This document shows, in pieces, positions 29,592 through 38,266 of a stretch of 64,000 nt of DNA. The notes beneath the pieces were generated by a model. It saw only the letters and a program-made list of their open reading frames with translations. It ran no database searches and was not told the DNA's origin. Source of the DNA: an uncultured virus (IMG/VR IMGVR_UViG_3300025154_000007) (lineage: Duplodnaviria > Heunggongvirae > Uroviricota > Caudoviricetes); IMG/VR virus record IMGVR_UViG_3300025154_000007. One strand, 5' to 3'. The position numbers and the translations under genes were made by a program. The first letter of the stretch is position 1. Each line of letters begins with the position of its first letter.

Positions 29592-29971
29592 TTCTTCCTG
29601 GGCGCCTTCCGGTTTTTTGTTGCACCGCCCACAGGTATTCCCGAATAGGCTTTTATCAATGCATCGCGTACCGCGCCGACAAATGCCTCCACCTGCACCG
29701 GGCTTACATTTTCGTCAAACCATTCCCGGTCCATTTCAGGATATTTATGCGAGCAAAATACAGCGCATAATTCAATCGACAAATCAAGGGCCTTCCGGGT
29801 TCCTTCTCCCCCGGAAGCCATTTCAGTCTGTCCGATGGAATTCAATTCCTGGACAATCTTGTCAATGTCGAAAGTAATGCCGCAAGGGATGAAAGATACG
29901 TCAATATCATTTCCTCCCAAACGGACTATTTTTGATTCAGGCCGTAAAACATCCAGATCTTCAATTTTCAT
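29588..29971 (-). CDS. tail assembly chaperone (gpG-like)
   Basis: Between tail tube and tape measure genes, with a slippery site near its 3' end. Confidence 0.8.
   Translation of the reverse strand: MKIEDLDVLRPESKIVRLGGNDIDVSFIPCGITFDIDKIVQELNSIGQTEMASGGEGTRKALDLSIELCAVFCSHKYPEMDREWFDENVSPVQVEAFVGAVRDALIKAYSGIPVGGATKNRKAPRKK
29612..29618 (-). other. -1 programmed ribosomal frameshift heptamer A AAA AAC
   Basis: Minus strand ACA AAA AAC CGG; the -1 frame reads KKPEGAQEEVIHLGRLF... into ORF 29316..29591. Confidence 0.85.
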
Positions 29972-30517
29972 TTACGCAACCGTCTTGGTATAAATTGTTC
30001 CGGCAGTGGCATACTGTTTTGCGGTCATGGCAAAAGAATAAACCGCAATCGGGTCGGTATCATTATCGGACTTGAAAGCAACCGTCCATCCATTATCCAG
30101 GAAACATTTATTCAGAACATAAGTAGTGGTTTGCGTGGAACCGGAAGCTAGTTTCCGCGTATTCACCAATTTCATTCCCTTACCCGTCAAAACCGAAGTC
30201 TGCCCGCCGACAACCGCCGATCCCGAAGTACCGGTCATGGCCCCGCCGGACAAAGACGAGAAACTGGAACCATCATATTCAACCAAATCAAAAGAAAGTT
30301 TTGCAGTTTCCCGCGCAATACCTTCCAACGGATCAACGGAATTTCCGCCTTGACTCGTAAAAGGTTCCATCACATAATCCATATTTTTTAGCATGCCGGA
30401 ACCGAGATTGACCCAGCCCGCCGCTGCCGCAGTGGCACCAAGCGTGCCTACATACATGATATAGTTACCGGTTTCTATTTTGGCATCCGTTACGGTTGCA
30501 ATCTGATATAAAGCCAT
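29972..30517 (-). CDS. major tail (tube) protein
   Basis: Position after tail terminator and before chaperones; beta-rich, 181 aa; AGGAG RBS. Confidence 0.75.
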   Translation of the reverse strand: MALYQIATVTDAKIETGNYIMYVGTLGATAAAAGWVNLGSGMLKNMDYVMEPFTSQGGNSVDPLEGIARETAKLSFDLVEYDGSSFSSLSGGAMTGTSGSAVVGGQTSVLTGKGMKLVNTRKLASGSTQTTTYVLNKCFLDNGWTVAFKSDNDTDPIAVYSFAMTAKQYATAGTIYTKTVA

Positions 30518-30529
30518 AATTCATTCTCC

Positions 30530-30706
30530 TTATTTATTCTTGGATTTTTTCCATTGCGCAATTCTATCCCGTTTTACTTTTGCGCCGCGATCCATAGATG
30601 CTTGTACTCTTTTTCTTGATCCCGCAGAACTGCCTTTAAATAACTTACTACCGGAAGATTTAGCAGATCCGCTTCCTTTCTTCCTTCCGCTTCCAGGTCC
30701 GCCCAT
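30530..30706 (-). CDS. small basic protein (not in ORF track)
   Basis: MGGPGSGRKKGSGSAKSSGSKLFKGSSAGSRKRVQASMDRGAKVKRDRIAQWKKSKNK*; AAGGAGA RBS; fills the intergenic gap. Confidence 0.7.
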   Translation of the reverse strand: MGGPGSGRKKGSGSAKSSGSKLFKGSSAGSRKRVQASMDRGAKVKRDRIAQWKKSKNK

Positions 30707-30718
30707 ATATTTCTCCTT

Positions 30719-31123
30719 TTAACTTACGCTTGACGATGGAAATACCATTTGTATATCCACCGGCGCATTATATAATTGATCCGCCGGTTCCCAAATCAAT
30801 CCCTGATTCTGCCTTAAACTGCATCTTGAAATTTCAAACCCATTCTGACTTCCATATATTCCTGTAGAGGAAGTCCCGTGGAATAAATCCGTCACCAATC
30901 TTGCCAATTGCATTGCGACCGAAGCCGTGGTCGCCCTACAATTTATCGAATAAGGCAACGATTCAAATCCGTTACTTCTTTTTCCGCCTGATACTTCAAA
31001 ATAATTAATACTTGGAACAACCGTAGTAGCAGGACGAGTCCCGAAATAAATACGGGTAGAGGTGATTGCCGTAATAGCCGAGGTTTGATTAAGACTCCAC
31101 CCGATGACTTGATCCGGCCTCAT
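30719..31123 (-). CDS. tail terminator / completion protein (DUF3168-like)
   Basis: RIY...P....P.I.Y..VS, ..I.C.A....A..LA..V pattern; synteny. Confidence 0.7.
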   Translation of the reverse strand: MRPDQVIGWSLNQTSAITAITSTRIYFGTRPATTVVPSINYFEVSGGKRSNGFESLPYSINCRATTASVAMQLARLVTDLFHGTSSTGIYGSQNGFEISRCSLRQNQGLIWEPADQLYNAPVDIQMVFPSSSVS

Positions 31124-31578
31124 TTCTGATACTCCTTGAATTCCATTTTTCCATTCTTTTCATATATTATCAAAACTCTTCCTTTCGCCAAATCCAATGA
31201 TGGGCGAAGGAAAGGATCAGCGTCCATTCTTACAGTTCCAAATTCTTTATATGGCCCATAATCAACCGGTGTACCAACCAAAACTTCCATATCACTATCA
31301 GGCGATTCTATTTGCATTTCATTCGTAGATAAACTGGGCGGCTTTCCATACGGCGTATCATTCTGGAATTCGGCAGGATTACCAGGTTCAGTACCTTTAT
31401 CAAAAGCCTGGGTTGTTATCGATGCCGCCAAATAACCCCAATTGACCGCACATAAAAGTTTTGCTTGGCCTTCCACAACCAGCCCGATTTCATAGGCAGT
31501 GCGATTAGTTACTTTTTTACCTTGTATTTTTACTTCTTTTCCTTTCCATACGGACCGGATTTCAACTTTCATGCTCAT
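31120..31578 (-). CDS. HK97 gp10-like tail completion protein
   Basis: AK.LCAV.WG.L..SI, VGT.VDYG.Y.EFGT.RM.A.PFLRPS. Confidence 0.85.
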   Translation of the reverse strand: MSMKVEIRSVWKGKEVKIQGKKVTNRTAYEIGLVVEGQAKLLCAVNWGYLAASITTQAFDKGTEPGNPAEFQNDTPYGKPPSLSTNEMQIESPDSDMEVLVGTPVDYGPYKEFGTVRMDADPFLRPSLDLAKGRVLIIYEKNGKMEFKEYQK

Positions 31579-31907
31579 GTTATTTTCTCCAGCCCGACCA
31601 TTTCTATTTCATCAAGTTGCATGATATTATCAAAACCATTTATCGCATATGTTTCGGAATTATAAGTCATTTCCTTATCCGTTCCCGCAAAAGAATAATA
31701 ACTTGGAATAGTAACTAAAATATGACTTGAAGCCCGCGCCATTTTATCGGAAATATATCTTGCACTTTGACTCGGGCTCCAAATGGCCGCTTTGGGCAAT
31801 CCGGTTAGCGTGGTTGTAACAGTCGTCCCGCCCATTCCGTCAGGCGTTTCCACCTTGCGGATTATCGAAACGGCTGAATTAATCAAAGTCAAAAAATCTT
31901 CTAGCAT
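31575..31907 (-). CDS. head closure / head-tail joining protein
   Basis: R....PDGMGG motif; synteny. Confidence 0.7.
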   Translation of the reverse strand: MLEDFLTLINSAVSIIRKVETPDGMGGTTVTTTLTGLPKAAIWSPSQSARYISDKMARASSHILVTIPSYYSFAGTDKEMTYNSETYAINGFDNIMQLDEIEMVGLEKIT

Positions 31908-32506
31908 TAAAATACCCTTCCGATTTTAAATGCATCTAATTGATTTATGATTTTCATAGGATAACCATAAATTTCATCCTTTTCTCCATCTGTAAATGTT
32001 TCACTAAGCGGACCTAATGAACGGCTACGAATATTTGGTGCCGTTTTATCCCTTATATCATAATCAAAATATATCATTTTGGCGGCTGTCTGTTGAACCG
32101 ATACCGGCCATCTGATTACTGAAAAATAAATGAACTTCCCGATATTATTATTGAAAGCCTCATCAACCACCGAACAGGCCGAAGTCAATATCACCGTTTC
32201 AGCCGTCAAACTTTCAATCGTAGCAATCTTGTCATTGCGGTAACTATTATAAATCAAAATATCATCACCAGCCTGGAATCCATAATCTTCCCAATCATTC
32301 CCGGTTGATAAAACTATTGACCTGGCCGTTGCATTGAAAGTAGCCGTCGATCCGACATATAAATCTTTCAATTCAAAATAATTATTGCAGATATAACAAA
32401 TGCGTTCCTGTACGATGGGAATCAAACCCGATGCCGTAATTGTCGCCGCTGTGGCGCTTATTTTGGGAGCGTAAATTGTTACCTGAGTAGCCGAAATCAG
32501 GGCCAT
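31907..32506 (-). CDS. head-tail connector (adaptor) protein
   Basis: ICNNYF...WP.SV...AAKMI...IRSRSLGPLSETF...GYP..I...L pattern; synteny. Confidence 0.7.
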   Translation of the reverse strand: MALISATQVTIYAPKISATAATITASGLIPIVQERICYICNNYFELKDLYVGSTATFNATARSIVLSTGNDWEDYGFQAGDDILIYNSYRNDKIATIESLTAETVILTSACSVVDEAFNNNIGKFIYFSVIRWPVSVQQTAAKMIYFDYDIRDKTAPNIRSRSLGPLSETFTDGEKDEIYGYPMKIINQLDAFKIGRVF

Positions 32507-32508
32507 GA

Positions 32509-32667
32509 TTACTTATCCTTTTCTACATTCTTCTTTTTCATTTTGCCCTTTCCTTTTTTCTTTTTGTCATCGGGCATCTTTTTTCCTTTTTCTTTGGCCA
32601 TCATGGCTTTTCCTTTCTCCATCATTTTACGGCCTTCTTCCATCATCTTTTCGCCTTCATGCATCAT
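32509..32667 (-). CDS. small Met/Lys-rich protein
   Basis: MMHEGEKMMEEGRKMMEKGKAMMAKEKGKKMPDDKKKKGKGKMKKKNVEKDK; GGGAG RBS at the end of the upstream gene. Confidence 0.6.
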   Translation of the reverse strand: MMHEGEKMMEEGRKMMEKGKAMMAKEKGKKMPDDKKKKGKGKMKKKNVEKDK

Positions 32668-32669
32668 AA

Positions 32670-33209
32670 TTAAGTCTCCCGATAGAAATGCGTCCTGATC
32701 ACCGTCCGGCAGGAAGCAAGATCGGCAACCCAACGAAGTAAATGTACACTGGATAATCCGAGCAACCATTCATCACGCGATCCGCTTTCCCCACCGGAAA
32801 TGTTGATATTGGCACCTATCCCCGATGATCCACCGATAACAAATGTTTCCAAAACGGTACCGGAACTGGTATAAGTTCCATTTGCGACATGAACCAATGT
32901 ATTTGTATTGGTACTATCCTCATATTTATTATTGCAGGTTATTATTGATCCGGCAGTTGCAGTTGCATTCGGAGCACGGCTCCATGTCAATATGCCCGGC
33001 CCGTCAACGTCAATTTCCGCAGTAAAATGATGCACATTTGTTGCGGGCGCAGTAATCAAAATATTTACTGCCGAAGCCGCGCCGACTATTTCATAATGCG
33101 AACCCACAAAAGATAACCCATCATGGGCTTTACCATGCGTGCTATCAATAGTTCTTATCGCACCTGATTTTGAATCTTGGGGATATACAGTAACATTATT
33201 TCCACCCAT
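32670..33209 (-). CDS. putative virion structural protein
   Basis: GGAGG RBS; Gly/Ser/Thr beta-rich; in the head-neck cluster. Confidence 0.6.
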   Translation of the reverse strand: MGGNNVTVYPQDSKSGAIRTIDSTHGKAHDGLSFVGSHYEIVGAASAVNILITAPATNVHHFTAEIDVDGPGILTWSRAPNATATAGSIITCNNKYEDSTNTNTLVHVANGTYTSSGTVLETFVIGGSSGIGANINISGGESGSRDEWLLGLSSVHLLRWVADLASCRTVIRTHFYRET

Positions 33210-33224
33210 TTATATTGCCTCCCG

Positions 33225-33268
33225 TAAAAAGAATAGGGCGGCTGAAATTATCTTATCCAGCCACCCCA
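33225..33268 (-). terminator. intrinsic terminator after capsid/decoration genes
   Basis: Minus strand GGGTGGCTG...CAGCCGCCC-TATTCTTTTT. Confidence 0.7.
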
Positions 33269-33277
33269 TAACTTTCA

Positions 33278-33667
33278 TTACTCCGTCGCACGCGGATACT
33301 GGGAAGCAGTCCAAGTAAGCGGCCCTGCACCGGTCTGGGTAAATACAAGTGTTCCCGTCGCACTAAGGAACCTTGCGCCTTCAAATCCCTGTCCGCCGAT
33401 AACCACCGTTGCGGCAGTGCCGATTGAAATAGTCGCGGCACCTTGTCCGATCTCGGAAAAGTTGGCTCCTGCGGCGAGCGACAAAGAAACGCTGGCCGTA
33501 GTGGACGCATTCGCGGCAACAATGGCAAGCGATTTAAAATCAAGAGAACTCTGCGCAGTGGACGCAGAAATAGTCATGGTGTCCGAAGATGCCGAAGTAC
33601 CGGAAGCCGCAACCTGCGCGGCACCAGTAAGAGCAATCGTAGTGGGTTGTAAAGTTCTTGCAGCCAT
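33278..33667 (-). CDS. putative capsid decoration protein (Ala/Ser/Thr-rich)
   Basis: Directly after the major capsid gene, strong GGGAGG RBS, before a terminator. Confidence 0.6.
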   Translation of the reverse strand: MAARTLQPTTIALTGAAQVAASGTSASSDTMTISASTAQSSLDFKSLAIVAANASTTASVSLSLAAGANFSEIGQGAATISIGTAATVVIGGQGFEGARFLSATGTLVFTQTGAGPLTWTASQYPRATE

Positions 33668-33682
33668 TTTTTATTCCTCCCC

Positions 33683-34552
33683 TTAACCCGCCGCTTCGGC
33701 GAGATACAAAGTCAACAGAGCTTCAGGCCGGGTTACTTTCGCACCGTAAACATAAAGCCCACGGGCGGCATCGGCGAACGTAGTCTGCAACCGCATGGCT
33801 TCGATTTCACTGATCTGTCCGCCGTAGCTGATAGCCGAGCGATCGCCGCACATAACCCGATACTGGGTTTCATCGGTCGAAACGTTATTGGAAACAAAGA
33901 TATCAAACCCGAACGCCTGCCCGACAAAGCCATTTACGATTATTCCGTCATTCATGACTTTCGGAACGCCGATTGCAGAAATACCGCCAATCTCGGCAAG
34001 CACCAATTTCTGGACAACCCAAGGCGGAAGCGCAATCCAACGTCCCTGGGTAGGAACATTCTTTTCCGTCAAATACCGCTGGGCATAGGAAAGGGTTTCA
34101 ATAATATTTCCCGAACTTACAGAAAGCGAACTTGCAGAAGAACCAATATAAGTAGTAACGGAAGGCGTGGCACCGGCCTGCGCATAAAGCCCGGCAATAA
34201 AAGCATCGATGGTATCTCCGATACGATACGCGGCATCGGACATTGCGCCGTCCATTACTTTCGGATGAGTCTGCGCTTTATCGATATCATCAATTTTGAA
34301 ACTGAACGAAGACGCCTGATCAATAATCAGCGTTTTGTCCGCGCTGGTCAAAGTCTCATAAGTCAACGTCGCATTTTTAGTATACGCATTGACCGTCACC
34401 GGCCCGATTTCATTGATATGAACCGTATCACCATAATTAAAAATCTCTTCGACAAAATCCTTATTCGTCAAACCGCCAAAAACCAATGCCTTGCGGAGCT
34501 TAACAAAAAGCGTCCCGCTCCACATTTCAGGAATAAAATTTTCCAGTCCCAT
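33683..34552 (-). CDS. major capsid protein (HK97 fold)
   Basis: NFIPEMWS..L, GDTVHI, L.IDQ...F.F.IDDID..Q, L....VP..GRW, G.VGQAFGFDI..SNN, F.D..RGL.VYGAKV.RPEAL. Confidence 0.9.
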   Translation of the reverse strand: MGLENFIPEMWSGTLFVKLRKALVFGGLTNKDFVEEIFNYGDTVHINEIGPVTVNAYTKNATLTYETLTSADKTLIIDQASSFSFKIDDIDKAQTHPKVMDGAMSDAAYRIGDTIDAFIAGLYAQAGATPSVTTYIGSSASSLSVSSGNIIETLSYAQRYLTEKNVPTQGRWIALPPWVVQKLVLAEIGGISAIGVPKVMNDGIIVNGFVGQAFGFDIFVSNNVSTDETQYRVMCGDRSAISYGGQISEIEAMRLQTTFADAARGLYVYGAKVTRPEALLTLYLAEAAG

Positions 34553-34568
34553 GATTATCCTCCGATTA

Positions 34569-35231
34569 TTACGCCGTTATTGGCGCTTCTCTTTTTTCAG
34601 CTTCAGCTTTGTAATACTCAAATCTTTCATGGGGAGTCATCCCCGCAATATTCGGCCCTGTTGCTTTTTCAGTGCCCGATTTTGGTTTATAAGAACCATT
34701 GGCCATCAATTCATTGGTGACTTTCAATTTCAATTCTTCTTGCTTGGCCTTGAAAGTCTTTGTATATAAAGTGGCCTCTTCAAGGCTTCCGAAATTGATA
34801 CCGGAAATAAATTCAGGATCAACCTGTTCCTTGAAAGCCAATTCCTTTATCTGCCCTTGAAGCCGTTCGCGCTCGCGTTCTTTTTTATCCTTTTCCATTT
34901 CTTCACGCATTTCACGAATCTGCTTCTGTTCAGGAGATTCAGCGGGATTGATCTTCAATATCTCAGCCGCAACACGCGCCTTGATTTCAGCCTCACCAGC
35001 GCCTTTTTTCCAGGTATTTATTGCCTCGGTCGCACGCTTGTCGCCGTACGGCTGGATCAATTCCTTTCCTTCTTTCGTTTCCAAAAAAGGCTTTACTTCA
35101 TCAACGGTCAATTCAGGCCTGGGATGCAATTCATCGAACAATGAAATAATTTCCGGCTTCTCTTTGTTCGCAATAAGAGCGTCCTTCACCTGTTCAACTT
35201 CAAATTCAATATCGCCAATCTTAATTTTCAT
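34569..35231 (-). CDS. capsid scaffolding protein (DUF4355-like)
   Basis: Charged helical protein (D.R...A..TWK, ...SPEQKQIRE) just upstream of the capsid gene. Confidence 0.75.
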   Translation of the reverse strand: MKIKIGDIEFEVEQVKDALIANKEKPEIISLFDELHPRPELTVDEVKPFLETKEGKELIQPYGDKRATEAINTWKKGAGEAEIKARVAAEILKINPAESPEQKQIREMREEMEKDKKERERERLQGQIKELAFKEQVDPEFISGINFGSLEEATLYTKTFKAKQEELKLKVTNELMANGSYKPKSGTEKATGPNIAGMTPHERFEYYKAEAEKREAPITA

Positions 35232-35487
35232 TTTTCTTCCCCTTTCCCTTGGCAGTCTTTTTGATTCCTTCCAAGTTCTTTTTAGCTTTTATTTCCTTGA
35301 CCGGATCAGTACGGATAGGGCCCTGATCGGTCGGGATACCGATTTCTCTATAGGTTTTCCTTAGCTTTTTTACACTTACCCGCTCGCCTGGGTATAATCT
35401 AGGCTCCTGGGATGCAATACCTGAATTCGCAAGGGAATCCTTGCGCCTTTGCCGTGCATCCAGTTTCCGTTGACGTTCCCTTTTCAA
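35221..35487 (-). CDS. small basic protein
   Basis: Probable TTG start after AGGGGG RBS: MKRERQRKLDARQRRK...KGKGKKNEN. Confidence 0.55.
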   Translation of the reverse strand: MKRERQRKLDARQRRKDSLANSGIASQEPRLYPGERVSVKKLRKTYREIGIPTDQGPIRTDPVKEIKAKKNLEGIKKTAKGKGKKNEN

Positions 35488-35515
35488 TTTATATATCCCC
35501 CTTTTGAATAGAAAT

Positions 35516-35638
35516 AAAAAGAAGGCGTATAAATAAATGACCGGGATTTCTCCAAGCCGTTTACCTATACGCCTTCTCCAGTTTACTGGTCGAAGCACTT
35601 ATACTATATAATATATCGTATTATCAAACGTTTGTAAA
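35516..35638 (-). promoter_or_regulatory. sigma70-like promoter plus structured leader/attenuator upstream of the head-tail operon
   Basis: Minus strand TTTACA-17-TATATT, small hairpin CCAGT-AA-ACTGG, then 12-bp stem AGAAGGCGTATA...TATACGCCTTCT followed by TTTT. Confidence 0.55.
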
Positions 35639-35640
35639 GT

Positions 35641-35922
35641 CTACCTCCTTTTTAGCGTTTCTTCTTCCATCGCCTGTATTTTTGCTTTTAAGCTTTCACG
35701 ATCTTTATCTACAGGAATACTAACATATTCATTTCGTTCAAATTTAACTTTTGGTTTAAGATTACAATGCTCGGTATCTTTTGAATTTTTTGTAACCAAT
35801 GAAACCTGCCCTTGGGTTACGGTAAAAGTTATGGATACTTCGCCGTATTCTTTTATTTCCAATTCCCTGCGTACCCAATCGAAATAATTTTCTATGCTTG
35901 TTCCGGTAGTCGAGTTAATCAT
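35641..35922 (-). CDS. DUF2292/YezD-like small protein
   Basis: YGEVSITFTVTQGQV.LV pattern typical of this family. Confidence 0.5.
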   Translation of the reverse strand: MINSTTGTSIENYFDWVRRELEIKEYGEVSITFTVTQGQVSLVTKNSKDTEHCNLKPKVKFERNEYVSIPVDKDRESLKAKIQAMEEETLKRR

Positions 35923-36151
35923 TTATTTGCTCTTTGAAATCATCCAGTTTATTGCGCCTTTTCAATTCCATCTTAATACAAGTATCCAACTCTCCCAAAT
36001 CAGCAAGCCCGAATCTTTCAACCAAAATAAAAGCCAATCCCGACCAGGACCAGGAATCATCACTAAATAAAGCGTTGAACATATTCTCGATAGTTTCCGG
36101 CATATTCAGTCTATAATCATCGTATTCTTTACTTCCCGTTTGTCTTATCAT
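35915..36151 (-). CDS. hypothetical protein
   Basis: Overlap-coupled with both neighbours. Confidence 0.5.
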   Translation of the reverse strand: MIRQTGSKEYDDYRLNMPETIENMFNALFSDDSWSWSGLAFILVERFGLADLGELDTCIKMELKRRNKLDDFKEQIND

Positions 36152-36648
36152 TTATTATTCCTTATACTTTTTATAATATGGGCCATTCTATTAACATCAA
36201 GTATTAAATCATTGCCCAGTTTAAGAAATTCTATTTCTTCTAAAGTACAGTCGGCGCGTTTCAATTGCTCAAACCATATTTTATTTCTCTTATTCAAATC
36301 GTTTAATAGAAAAACGTCAATCGATTTTGAATCACCCAAGTTATAATATTTAAGTTCATTGGAATATAAATGAATCTTGGCAAGACAATTCTGACCCAAT
36401 CTTATTTTACAACGAACATTCACCAATAAATCAAAAGCACAACTTGACATTTCCCAATAACAAACTATTTCAAACCGTTTCGGGTTTCTATTTATATAAT
36501 CAACCAATATATCTTTATCCGTTACCATTCCTCCGCCACTTGTAAAATACAAAACAATATTTTCATTTAGATCGATTTTATCAATATCGGCTAAAAGCAT
36601 TTTAATTGAATCGTGGTTTATATCACCTTCAAACTTGACGGCTTTCAC
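36148..36648 (-). CDS. ClpP/crotonase-fold protease-like protein (possible prohead protease)
   Basis: F.GDI, LYFTSGGG.V, MSSCAF, ..IH; located in the head module. Confidence 0.6.
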   Translation of the reverse strand: MKAVKFEGDINHDSIKMLLADIDKIDLNENIVLYFTSGGGMVTDKDILVDYINRNPKRFEIVCYWEMSSCAFDLLVNVRCKIRLGQNCLAKIHLYSNELKYYNLGDSKSIDVFLLNDLNKRNKIWFEQLKRADCTLEEIEFLKLGNDLILDVNRMAHIIKSIRNNK

Positions 36649-36773
36649 TTCTTGGCCTTCTTTACTTTTTTCGGAAGCTTCTTTCCTTTCGGCGTCTTGC
36701 TTTCCATTTCTTTCGCCAATTTAGGATCAGTCGCCCATAACTTTTTTCTCTGTGCTTGACTTTTCATCGGCAT
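36645..36773 (-). CDS. small basic protein (not in ORF track)
   Basis: MPMKSQAQRKKLWATDPKLAKEMESKTPKGKKLPKKVKKAKK*; AAGGAG RBS; GTGA overlap with the next gene. Confidence 0.72.
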   Translation of the reverse strand: MPMKSQAQRKKLWATDPKLAKEMESKTPKGKKLPKKVKKAKK

Positions 36774-36777
36774 TATT

Positions 36778-37077
36778 TTACTCCTTTAGTTTATTAGATA
36801 CAATTTTTTGTGCGGCCTTAACTTGTTCTTGCGCCAAAACTCTGGCGGCATCCAATCGTGCTTTATCCAATTTAATTTCTTCCGCCTGTAGTAATGTACG
36901 AACATCGTTTTCTGTCATCCACCGTTTTTCTTCTTTTATTCGCGATTTACTAGTTACGGGATTTGGAATACTCGCTTTTTTAGAAACAGTTTTCTTTGCA
37001 GGTTTAATGGTTTTACTTTTAACAGGGACTTTCTTTTTGGGAATTACTTTTTTTGTTTCTTTTTTTATAGCCGCCAT
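36778..37077 (-). CDS. small Lys-rich protein
   Basis: AAGGAG RBS; MAAIKKETKKVIPKKKVPVKSK... Confidence 0.68.
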   Translation of the reverse strand: MAAIKKETKKVIPKKKVPVKSKTIKPAKKTVSKKASIPNPVTSKSRIKEEKRWMTENDVRTLLQAEEIKLDKARLDAARVLAQEQVKAAQKIVSNKLKE

Positions 37078-37163
37078 TATTCTACTCCTTTTTAGTCAAA
37101 AAATAAATAAGCATAATTTCAAACGGGCTTAAACAATAACCCACAAAATGAATAATTTCCAAT

Positions 37164-38090
37164 TCAAGTTTTAACCGAACCATAAGTTTTCTCCCATTCA
37201 TCATAGTTCATATAAGGAATAATCCCCTGCTCGCGCGTCCGCCTTAATTGCGGGCTATATCCGTCGATTTCAAATCTTAGACGACACCTGCAACGGATTG
37301 ATTCTTCTGCCGGTAGATTTTCATCCAAAGGATATCTGGCATGGATCGGCTCAAAATAACCTTCGGCATTTCTTTTTACTCCGTCCATTCTGCGATGAGT
37401 TATTCTGGTACGCCCGTCCAAAGTTGCATCCCACACATCCACGCCTTCAACGCCATTATTTTTAGCTTTTAAATAAGCATCATTCGTCGCTTTGTTCAAT
37501 GCCCGCTGCCCTTCCGTTCTTATTATAACTTCAGCACTGGAATATATCTTGAATGTCGCTTTCTTCAAATCAGAAATCATCGCACTATAGCTTTTGCCGA
37601 TGGAAAGATTATTCAGCAAAGCGCTTCGTATGAATCTTTTGGCTTTCGGGCCGTAATTGTGCAAAGCCTCAGCAAGTTCAATATTTTTGGGATTGGTTAT
37701 CGAAAACAATTCACGGATAGCATTCTGGTTCAATACGCCATAATTCAAACTTACGCCGACGGCCTGATCCATTGCCCAGGCATAATGGAAAAATGACTCA
37801 TTATATTGTTCCGGCAGGAATCTTTTGATCGAAGCTATATTTTTCGCCAATGCCGGTTCCAGCGCTTTCAATATCTGTTTTTCCATTGTTTGGTACTTAT
37901 TGTATTTTGTCATTTCAGCACGGGTCAATAAACCATTCTTTCCATACTTGGAATATATCTTTGACATCTCGCCACGAATAGTAGATAAAGAATCAGCCAA
38001 AGCCTTTTGGACTTTGGCATGATATTTCTTTTCATTCTTCATCAATTGGGCGAAGGCTTGTTTTTCATAATCAGATAATATTCTGGGCAT
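37164..38090 (-). CDS. minor capsid / head morphogenesis protein (SPP1 gp7 / Mu gpF-like)
   Basis: IIRTEG.RA.N, WDATLDGRTR.TH..MDG, E.I.CRC. Confidence 0.9.
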   Translation of the reverse strand: MPRILSDYEKQAFAQLMKNEKKYHAKVQKALADSLSTIRGEMSKIYSKYGKNGLLTRAEMTKYNKYQTMEKQILKALEPALAKNIASIKRFLPEQYNESFFHYAWAMDQAVGVSLNYGVLNQNAIRELFSITNPKNIELAEALHNYGPKAKRFIRSALLNNLSIGKSYSAMISDLKKATFKIYSSAEVIIRTEGQRALNKATNDAYLKAKNNGVEGVDVWDATLDGRTRITHRRMDGVKRNAEGYFEPIHARYPLDENLPAEESIRCRCRLRFEIDGYSPQLRRTREQGIIPYMNYDEWEKTYGSVKT

Positions 38091-38099
38091 TTATTTATC

Positions 38100-38264
38100 C
38101 TACCGCCAACTAAAATCAGTATTACAAATAAATACTTCTTTAGTCTCATTATCAATAGAAACTATTACTTCTTCGGTTTCACAATCATTATAGGCATCCC
38201 AAGTTTTTACTTTAAAATCCTGTGGTAATTTATTCAATTCTTCTATTAATTCTTTTACTACCAT
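38100..38264 (-). CDS. hypothetical protein (not in ORF track)
   Basis: MVVKELIEELNKLPQDFKV...FSWR*; fills the gap between portal and minor capsid genes. Confidence 0.55.
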   Translation of the reverse strand: MVVKELIEELNKLPQDFKVKTWDAYNDCETEEVIVSIDNETKEVFICNTDFSWR

Positions 38265-38266
38265 TT

